Assembly: GCA_027593235.1 (NCBI GenBank)
Contig: JAQCIU010000031.1
Location: 1-33,756 of the forward strand
Direction of reading: 5' to 3'
DNA length: 33,756 nt
DNA from: Chloroflexota bacterium
GTDB taxonomy: Bacteria > Chloroflexota > Dehalococcoidia > UBA2979
In this document: positions 27,624-33,756 of the stretch, piece by piece
Position numbering within the stretch: position 1 is the stretch's first letter
Layout of the letters: each line of letters begins with the position of its first letter
Translations under genes and position numbers: made by a program
Notes under the pieces: model-generated
Told to the model about the DNA's origin: nothing
The model's input: only the letters and a program-made list of their open reading frames with translations
Databases searched by the model: none

Positions 27624-28310
27624 ATGCCGGTTGTCGTCAGTATCGAGCGCAAGCGTGGTGGCACCGCCCTGGTAGGCGTCGACGACGCCGATCCGATCGA
27701 ACTGCCACTCGAATCCCTGCTGGAACACAACCTCCACGAGAACCGGCTCCTGGAGGTAGATCACTGGGCACGGATCCAGTTCGAGGGCCGGCACCGCATC
27801 GCGGTCCGTCGCGCCCTCGAATTCCTCGCCAAGCGCCGTCGTACCCGTGCCGAGCTGGTAACGCACCTCGGCGTCACGTTCGCCGAGCCGGAAGTGACGC
27901 GGGCGCTCGCCCGCATCGAGGAGCTTGGCTACCTCGATGATGGCGCATGGGCGCGCTCCTACGTGGCCCAGCCCCGCTCACGTGGCCGTGGCCGCTCCGT
28001 GCTCGCCCGGGAGCTCCAGGGCCGCGGCATCGGTCCACAGGACCTCGAGACGGCCCTCGACGGGCACGATGACACCACCGAGGCGCTCGCCGCCGCTCGC
28101 AAGCGGTTGCGCTCACTCAGCCGCCTCGAACCCGAGGTCCGCGACCGGCGGCTCTACGCCTTCCTGCAGCGCCGTGGGTTCGGCCACGAGACGATCCGGC
28201 GAGCCCAGGCAGCCGCCATGACCGAGGCCGAGCCGGCCACGGCCGAGGAATCGGAGCCCTCGGACGTGTCGGGCGCCCGCACCGCCACCCCACTACTGAG
28301 CCACCGTTAG
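27624..28310 (+). CDS. recX: Regulatory protein RecX
   Basis: ALEFLAKRRRTRAEL, LGYLDDGAWA, ELQGRGI, FLQRRGF; directly after recA. Confidence 0.9.
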   Translation: MPVVVSIERKRGGTALVGVDDADPIELPLESLLEHNLHENRLLEVDHWARIQFEGRHRIAVRRALEFLAKRRRTRAELVTHLGVTFAEPEVTRALARIEELGYLDDGAWARSYVAQPRSRGRGRSVLARELQGRGIGPQDLETALDGHDDTTEALAAARKRLRSLSRLEPEVRDRRLYAFLQRRGFGHETIRRAQAAAMTEAEPATAEESEPSDVSGARTATPLLSHR

Positions 28311-28542
28311 CGGTCGCGGCGGGGCGAAACACCGCCTCGCCTGCTCGTACGTACCGAATCTGACCGCCCCGGCGGGCCGTCGCCACCGCTGGCGTCAGCA
28401 TTCGTGCCCATTCCGTCCGCCAACCTCGATGCTAGGATGCGGTTAACAAACAGCCGCCGCGTCTACCGTGATGCGGCGCAGTTCCGACCACCCGCCGAGC
28501 GCGACGCAGCCGCGGCGCGACGGTGGCCGACTGGAGTGGGCC

Positions 28543-30072
28543 ATGGAGTCCTTGGTGATCGCGCTCGTCGCCGTGGGGGCGTTCGCCCTCGGCGGCGCGG
28601 CGCTGTACTTCCTCTTTCGTGTCAGTGGCAGCGGCATGGTGCGTCGCTCGCAGGATGAGGCGGCAACGCTCGTTGGTGACGCCCGTCGGGAAGCGCGCGA
28701 ACTCACGCTTGATGCGGAGAAGGACGCGCTCACGCGACGCGAGGCGATCGACGTCGAGGCCCGCGAGTCGCGCCGCGAGCTGACGCGTGCCGAGCGCCGG
28801 CTCGAACAGCGTGAGGAAGCCCTCGATCGTCGCACCGAGCAGCTCGACCGCAACGAGCAGTCTGTCCGCGACCGCTCCGCCAAGCTGGACGGCGAAGAGC
28901 GACGCGTGGTGGAACTCGAACAGAGTGTGCGTGGCCGCCTGGAGGTAATCGCCCAGCTCACCGCCGAGGAGGCGCGCGAGCGGTTGCTGGCAGACCTCGA
29001 CGTCGAGTTGCGCGACGAGGCCAGCCGCCGCGTCCGCGCGATGGAGACCTCCGCGAAGAGCGAGGCGGGCACCCGCTCCCGCAAGATCCTTGCCACCGTG
29101 ATGCAGCGCATGACCTCCGAGGTCACGGCCGAGACGACGGTCAGCACCGTCGCACTGCCCTCGGACGACCTGAAGGGCCGCATCATCGGCCGCGAGGGCC
29201 GCAATATCCGCGCTTTCGAGGCGGCCACCGGCTGCGACCTGATCATCGATGACACGCCCGGCCTCGTCACCGTCTCCGGCTTCGATCCGGTGCGCCGCGA
29301 AATCGCGCGGCAGGCGCTCGCCAAGCTCGTGCAGGACGGCCGCATCCAGCCCATCCGCATCGAGGAGGCCGTGGTCCGCGCGCGCAAGGACGTCGAGCAG
29401 ACGGTCAAGGAGGCGGGCGAGCAGGCAGCCGTCGACGCCGAAGTGACCGGACTCCATCCCGAGGTGATCAAGACACTCGGTCGGCTCAAGTTCCGCTACT
29501 CCTACGGGCAGAACCAGCTCCGCCACGCCCTCGAGACCTCATGGCTCGCCGCCGCGCTCGCGTTCGAGCTGGGCGCCGACGCCGAGATCGCACGAGTCGG
29601 CGGACTGCTGCACGACCTCGGTAAGGCCGTGGACCGCGAGACCGAAGGCACGCACGCGCTGATCGGCGCCGACATCGCCAAGCGGTTTGGCGTCAGCCGC
29701 GACATCGTTCACTGCATCGAGGCGCACCACGAAGAGGTGAAGCCCGAGACCGTCGAGGCGCTGATCGTCATCTGCGCGGACGCAATGTCGGGCAGCCGGC
29801 CCGGCGCCCGCCGCGAGTCGGCCGACCAGTACATCAAGCGCCTTGAAGCGCTGGAGGCAATCGCCAATTCCTACGACGGCGTGGAGGAGGCGTTCGCGAT
29901 TCAGGCGGGCCGCGAGATTCGGATCATGGTGCGGCCGGAGACGGTCGACGACGTGGAGGCAACACGGTTGGCCCGCGACGTCTCTCGCAAGATCGAGGAG
30001 ACGCTGCAGTACCCCGGCGAGATTCGCGTCACCGTGATTCGCGAGACGCGTGCCTCGGCAGTCGCTCACTAG
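28543..30072 (+). CDS. rny: Ribonuclease Y
   Basis: N-terminal TM, coiled coil, KH domain (KGRIIGREGRNIR), HD domain (LLHDLGK), AHH, SRPGARRE, QAGREIR, YPGEIRVTVIRE; GGAG RBS. Confidence 0.97.
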   Translation: MESLVIALVAVGAFALGGAALYFLFRVSGSGMVRRSQDEAATLVGDARREARELTLDAEKDALTRREAIDVEARESRRELTRAERRLEQREEALDRRTEQLDRNEQSVRDRSAKLDGEERRVVELEQSVRGRLEVIAQLTAEEARERLLADLDVELRDEASRRVRAMETSAKSEAGTRSRKILATVMQRMTSEVTAETTVSTVALPSDDLKGRIIGREGRNIRAFEAATGCDLIIDDTPGLVTVSGFDPVRREIARQALAKLVQDGRIQPIRIEEAVVRARKDVEQTVKEAGEQAAVDAEVTGLHPEVIKTLGRLKFRYSYGQNQLRHALETSWLAAALAFELGADAEIARVGGLLHDLGKAVDRETEGTHALIGADIAKRFGVSRDIVHCIEAHHEEVKPETVEALIVICADAMSGSRPGARRESADQYIKRLEALEAIANSYDGVEEAFAIQAGREIRIMVRPETVDDVEATRLARDVSRKIEETLQYPGEIRVTVIRETRASAVAH

Positions 30073-30125
30073 GACGTCCAACGCCGAACGCCCCGGGCCG
30101 GGCAAAACCTCGGTAGCCTGTACGT

Positions 30126-30689
30126 ATGAATGAGCGTGAAGCGGCCGGATCCAGTTCGGACGGCGACGCCGTCATCCAGCCGTCAGTCTTCACCTGCAAT
30201 TCGTCGTGGCACCCGGAGAGCGAACTCGCCTGCGGGCGCTGTGCCGCGATCATCTGCCCGGGCTGCCTCGTGTACACGCCCGGCGGCACGCGCTGTAAGC
30301 CCTGCGCGAACCTCCGCCGACCACCGATGTACGAGCTGGGAACCAGCCACTACCTGCGCGCGGCAGCGGCCTCGGTCGGTCTCGGGGTCCCGATGGGCGT
30401 GGTCGGCTGGATGTTCCTCCCGCCGGGCAGCGGCATCGGCTTCTTCAGCATCTTCATCGGCTTCTTCCTCGGGAGCGGCATCGGCGCGCTCTTCGTCCGC
30501 GCGATCACGCGCGCGACGGGCGGCAAGCGGGGCTTCGCGATGCAGGCGATCGCGATCCAGGGCATCGTGCTGATCCTCGTGACTCGCTTCGCCCTCGCGG
30601 GGCTGCCGTTCGACCAGCTGCGCTACGACCTGATCGGGCCGGTCGCCGCGTTCATCGCCGCAAGCGTTGCCTGGCAGCAACTGCGGTAA
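30126..30689 (+). CDS. B-box-like zinc-finger membrane protein
   Basis: C..H...CGRC...ICPGC..TPGGTRCKPC followed by about 4 hydrophobic segments. Confidence 0.8.
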   Translation: MNEREAAGSSSDGDAVIQPSVFTCNSSWHPESELACGRCAAIICPGCLVYTPGGTRCKPCANLRRPPMYELGTSHYLRAAAASVGLGVPMGVVGWMFLPPGSGIGFFSIFIGFFLGSGIGALFVRAITRATGGKRGFAMQAIAIQGIVLILVTRFALAGLPFDQLRYDLIGPVAAFIAASVAWQQLR

Positions 30690-30795
30690 CGCCGCTACGC
30701 GCCGCCGAACGGCCACGCGCATGCACACACTGACAACGCGACCTCGAACGAGGCGTCCACACGGCGAGCGGCGTTGGGACGGGCGGAGGCGGCGG

Positions 30796-31035
30796 CTACT
30801 GCAGCCGATCGACGATCGCGAGGATGGCGAGCAGCGCAAAGCTCACCAGCGATACGCCAGCCACGCGCCGCAGCTCGTTCGCGAGGTGCGGTGATTCGCG
30901 TTCGACGTAGCGTTGCGGCCGTGCGTTCTGCGCGTTCATGTGCCGCGCCGCGCCCTCGACGACGGGGGCGCCGGAGTAGGTGGGCCGGGGCGGCAGGCGG
31001 CGCGGCGATTCTCGGCGTCGCGGGGTGCGTGGCAT
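30796..31035 (-). CDS. Small protein with a basic N-terminus and C-terminal TM anchor
   Basis: GAGGAGG RBS; 79 aa ending ELRRVAGVSLVSFALLAILAIVDRLQ. Confidence 0.7.
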   Translation of the reverse strand: MPRTPRRRESPRRLPPRPTYSGAPVVEGAARHMNAQNARPQRYVERESPHLANELRRVAGVSLVSFALLAILAIVDRLQ

Positions 31036-31083
31036 CCGGGCCTCCTCGGCGGGTTGCTGATCGGTACACGGTGATTGTCCTCG

Positions 31084-31113
31084 TTGACCGGTGCGCAGGG
31101 AAGGCCTTACCGT
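31084..31113 (+). promoter_or_regulatory. tRNA promoter
   Basis: TTGACC-18 bp-TACCGT, 15 bp upstream of the tRNA. Confidence 0.6.
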
Positions 31114-31128
31114 TGAGGTCGCTCACAC

Positions 31129-31205
31129 GGCCCCGTGGTGTAGCGGCCTAACACGCCACCCTGTCACGGTGGAGATCGTCGGTTCGAATCCGATCGGGGT
31201 CGCCA
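31129..31205 (+). tRNA. tRNA-Asp(GTC)
   Basis: Acceptor GGCCCCG/CGGGGTC, discriminator G, encoded CCA; anticodon arm CCACC-CT-GTC-AC-GGTGG; T arm GTCGG-TTCGAAT-CCGAT. Confidence 0.98.
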
Positions 31206-31239
31206 GCAAACACCGGCCTGTTTCCAATGGTCGACCGCG

Positions 31240-31479
31240 TCACTTCGCGTGGATGTTGCCATTCCGCTGCCATTCGACGCAGCTTCGAGTTGATTTCGGG
31301 CTAGCAGGCGCGCCGGGCCGCATGCCCGCGGCCACCACCTCGTCGAGGAGCTTCCTGCGCAGCTCGTCCTCCGCGCCGCCGCTGGTCCCGTCGGGGACGA
31401 CGCCGATCAGCAGCCGTGAAGAACCCCTGGTGCGCAGCTTCACTGTGATCCGAATGGCGCCTGTGGCGTTCGCGGGCAC
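31240..31479 (-). pseudogene. Possible gene remnant
   Basis: The central stretch (LLIGVVPDG...EDELRRKLLDEVVAAG) has strongly G/C-ending codons but the flanks do not; no RBS; no family recognised. Confidence 0.3.
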
Positions 31480-31526
31480 GGGAGCGGTATGGCGGACCCT
31501 TCGGGCGCGCCGGATGGGTCAGGGGC

Positions 31527-32108
31527 TTACGGCGAGATGCCAGGCGATTTCGGTGTGGTGATCCCGGAGACGAAGTAGAAGACCGCGGCGATCAGGACCG
31601 CGGTCCAAAGTCCGAATGCCACGACGGCGTCCGTACCCCATTCGTCTCCGAGGATGGGGAGACTGACGAGGTAGATCACCGGTAGTGACACGGCGAGGAT
31701 GGCCGCGATCCTGAGGCGTTTGCGCCGGAGTCGGCTGGCATCGACCGCATCCAACGAACGCGCCAACTTGCCGCGTTGCGTGATCGCCACGACCACCGCG
31801 AGCGGCACGAGCAGAACGCCGAGAACCAGACCGAGGAACAGGCTGATGATCCCGGCAGACGCCATCGCTGTGGTCGCCAGGATCAAGACCGTGGAAGCGT
31901 GTTCTTCCTTCATGAATGTCTCCATTCGGTAGCGCTGGACTGTGACGACGAGGTCGAGCGTCACCCGTCGCCACGCTCTGAGTGGGCCAAGTTCAGCGGA
32001 CAGGTCGGTGAGGGTCTGCACTAGGTCGTCGCTGTAGCGATCTCGGAAGTCGCGTGGATAGAGCACCAAGAGGCTCCGATACGCCCGAATCGCCAACCCG
32101 GTTCCCAT
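31527..32108 (-). CDS. PadR-associated membrane protein
   Basis: N-terminal YRxLLxLYPxxFRxRY motif typical of membrane proteins encoded downstream of padR; about 4 TM segments; 1 bp after the padR stop. Confidence 0.8.
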   Translation of the reverse strand: MGTGLAIRAYRSLLVLYPRDFRDRYSDDLVQTLTDLSAELGPLRAWRRVTLDLVVTVQRYRMETFMKEEHASTVLILATTAMASAGIISLFLGLVLGVLLVPLAVVVAITQRGKLARSLDAVDASRLRRKRLRIAAILAVSLPVIYLVSLPILGDEWGTDAVVAFGLWTAVLIAAVFYFVSGITTPKSPGISP

Positions 32109-32109
32109 C

Positions 32110-32472
32110 TCAGGCCGGGCCCGGACGCAGGTTCGAGCGGGCGATGCGCACGAGTGTGGAGAGTCGCTCGCTCTCAGCCTGGCAGACGGCCTGCCCGAGT
32201 CCGGTCAAGCGGTAGTAGCGGCGGCGTTCGTCGTCGTTCGATGACGGACGGCGATCAGACTCCTCCACGAGATCACGCTCGACCAACTTCTTGAGCGTGC
32301 CGTAGAGCGTGGCCGGGCCCATGCGAACCACGCCCCCCGAGGACTCTTCGACGGCTCCCATGATGGCGTACCCGTGACGGTCGCCAGCGGTGAGCGCCAC
32401 GAGTACGTGGAACTGGGCCTGGGGCAACGGAAGCAACGAGCGCGGGTCGGGAGATGCTTCAGCGTCGGTCAT
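32110..32472 (-). CDS. PadR-family transcriptional regulator
   Basis: VLVAL...RHGYAIM, MGPATLYGTLKKL, RRRYYRLTGLG. Confidence 0.93.
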   Translation of the reverse strand: MTDAEASPDPRSLLPLPQAQFHVLVALTAGDRHGYAIMGAVEESSGGVVRMGPATLYGTLKKLVERDLVEESDRRPSSNDDERRRYYRLTGLGQAVCQAESERLSTLVRIARSNLRPGPA

Positions 32473-32478
32473 GCTCTC

Positions 32479-32506
32479 AATGTATCATGTATAGATATAT
32501 CGTCAA
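32479..32506 (-). promoter_or_regulatory. padR promoter with an AT-rich inverted-repeat operator; predicted leaderless mRNA
   Basis: Minus strand TTGACG-16 bp-TACATT with extended TG; -10 ends 6 nt before the ATG; ATGTATC-N7-GATATAT imperfect palindrome at 32480-32500. Confidence 0.7.
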
Positions 32507-32866
32507 GTAATAGAGCGACCAGCGACGGCGGGGATGCCGCATCGCGCGTCCGAGGGCGCTCGGGTCAGAACAGCATCGGGTGGCGCCGCACGGTAGGTGA
32601 GCTGCGGCCACGGCTCCCAACCGAAGCTCACGCTGTCTCGGCCGTCCCCCTTCGCCGCCCTCGATGATGTCGCGCCTGCAGGTGCGGACCAACCAGTACA
32701 CATCATCGCGACCGTACTCAGCTCCCGTCGGAGAGAGGGCGGATGCAACGATCGGCCTCCAGTTCACCGTACCCACGGCAGCTCGGCGGTCGGCGCGCGC
32801 TCCTTCAGTTTGGTACGCCGGCTAGCCTGCCCCTATGCTCACGATCAACACATAGAGGAGTGTCCA

Positions 32867-33412
32867 ATGCGCTCGATCACTTTCCCCCGACTCGTTGCCC
32901 TGGTCGCCACCGTCGCTCTGCTCGCGGCCTGCGGCGGAGGCGACGACAGTGGCGATAGCGATGCCAGCCCCGAAGCCCAGACGACCGCCGCGTCCGGAGC
33001 GACCGTCGCGGCGACCGAGGTGGCGAGCGCCGACGCCGACCGCGGCGAGGTTTGCGCACTCCTCACGGATGACGAGGTCACCGAGCTGCTCGGCTCCTCC
33101 GCGACGACCGTCGAACAGTCCGTCTCTGGTCCCTTCGTTGCATGCCAGTGGGCCAACGAGACCCTGCCGATCCAGCTCCTCCAGATCGGCACGTACGACT
33201 TCGATGTCGATTCCGAGTTCTTCCGGGAAACCGCCGGGTCCTTCGCTACCGAGCTCGAGGAAGTACCCGGACTCGGCGACGAGGCCGTGTGGACAGGCGA
33301 CCAGCTGTTTATCCGACAAGGCGAGTTGATGATCTCGATCATCCAGTCCAACGGCGGCGGCCGAGACCAGGCAGTCGCCGCCGCCGAACTGGCGGTTCCT
33401 CGCCTGAACTAA
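32867..33412 (+). CDS. Lipoprotein (DUF3558-like)
   Basis: AGAGGAG RBS; signal peptide with lipobox LAA-C; low-complexity linker; Cys pair VCALLTDDEV / ACQW; VPGLGDEA. Confidence 0.82.
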   Translation: MRSITFPRLVALVATVALLAACGGGDDSGDSDASPEAQTTAASGATVAATEVASADADRGEVCALLTDDEVTELLGSSATTVEQSVSGPFVACQWANETLPIQLLQIGTYDFDVDSEFFRETAGSFATELEEVPGLGDEAVWTGDQLFIRQGELMISIIQSNGGGRDQAVAAAELAVPRLN

Positions 33413-33482
33413 CCCCGAGTTCACGGCCGGCCCGCAGCCCTCGGTCGACGTCCCCCCGGCGCCGAGGGTTGCGCCGCCCACG

Positions 33483-33756
33483 GTGCAGCGACCTCGCTTC
33501 TTCCTCGCCGATCTCGGGCGTGCGGACTTCCGAGGTGCGACGATCGACCTCGATGAGTCTCCGATCCCGGAATCGGTGAGCCTCGCCGGTCGCGACCTGA
33601 GCGCGGTCAGGATCGGCAGCCAAGCGCACGCGAGCCTCGGTCGAGACTTCTCGGGCGCCAATCTCGCGGCGGCGAGTCTGACCGCGGTCGACCTCACCGG
33701 TGCGAACTTCAGCGGCGCAACCGTGGAGGGGATCTACCTCTACGACGTCACTTGCC
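33483..33756 (+). CDS. Pentapeptide-repeat protein, partial (possibly 5'-truncated; runs off the window)
   Basis: Hand translation: ...FFLADLGRADFRGATI...SLAGRDLSAV...RDFSGANLAAASLTAVDLTGANFSGATVEGIYLYDVTC. In-frame stop at 33405; first start codon is GTG 33483. Confidence 0.7.
   Translation, partial: MQRPRFFLADLGRADFRGATIDLDESPIPESVSLAGRDLSAVRIGSQAHASLGRDFSGANLAAASLTAVDLTGANFSGATVEGIYLYDVTC

Noticed and set aside
28311-28400. Hairpin GCGGGGCG-AAACAC-CGCCTCGC and flanking pairing between recX and rny as a riboswitch
   Set aside because: No match to a riboswitch consensus I recognise; at most a weak terminator or stability hairpin.
4048-29526. Many long antisense or alternate-frame ORFs (e.g. 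4048-5691, 5874-7214, 11922-13238, 21226-23223, 21693-23159, 26586-27866, 28432-29526)
   Set aside because: They shadow well-identified genes and are the expected by-product of high GC3 codon usage; no recognisable motifs.
32477-32860. Overlapping minus-strand ORFs upstream of padR and the 90-aa 5' extension of the lipoprotein ORF
   Set aside because: No RBS, motifs or consistent codon bias; the lipoprotein has a clear RBS and signal peptide at 32867.
1-33756. CRISPR arrays, IS elements, prophage genes, rRNA
   Set aside because: No regularly spaced repeats, terminal inverted repeats, transposase/integrase/phage motifs or rRNA-like sequence were seen by eye.

Overview
A high-GC (roughly 70% by eye) bacterial core-genome segment. 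Gene order and GAAC-N4-GTTC SOS boxes suggest Chloroflexota, probably Dehalococcoidia-like; this is an inference, not a database result. In order it holds: priA (partial)-rplS-trmD on the minus strand; a 16-kb dcw cluster (mraZ, rsmH, ftsL, ftsI, murF, mraY, murD, ftsW, murG, murC, ddl, ftsQ, ftsA, ftsZ; no murE or murB); a convergent membrane protein; nrdR, a Zn-ribbon/RDD gene and class II ribonucleotide reductase nrdJ; yggS-proC-yggT and DUF167; recA-recX-rny; a B-box membrane protein; tRNA-Asp(GTC); and an accessory-looking tail (PadR pair, lipoprotein, pentapeptide-repeat fragment). Most unusual observations: (1) all four sizeable gaps in the dcw cluster are filled by unannotated 17-36 aa mini-ORFs whose stop overlaps the next start codon, and in three cases whose start also overlaps the previous stop, making mraZ-to-ftsZ a potentially unbroken chain of translational coupling; (2) FtsZ has an in-frame, coding-like 175-aa acidic/Pro-rich N-terminal extension plus an internal RBS, so two isoforms are possible; (3) a perfect LexA box, rather than NrdR boxes, precedes nrdJ, next to a divergent NrdR; (4) two tandem hairpins with CsrA-type ANGGA loops follow ftsZ. 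No CRISPR array, transposase, integrase or intein was seen.
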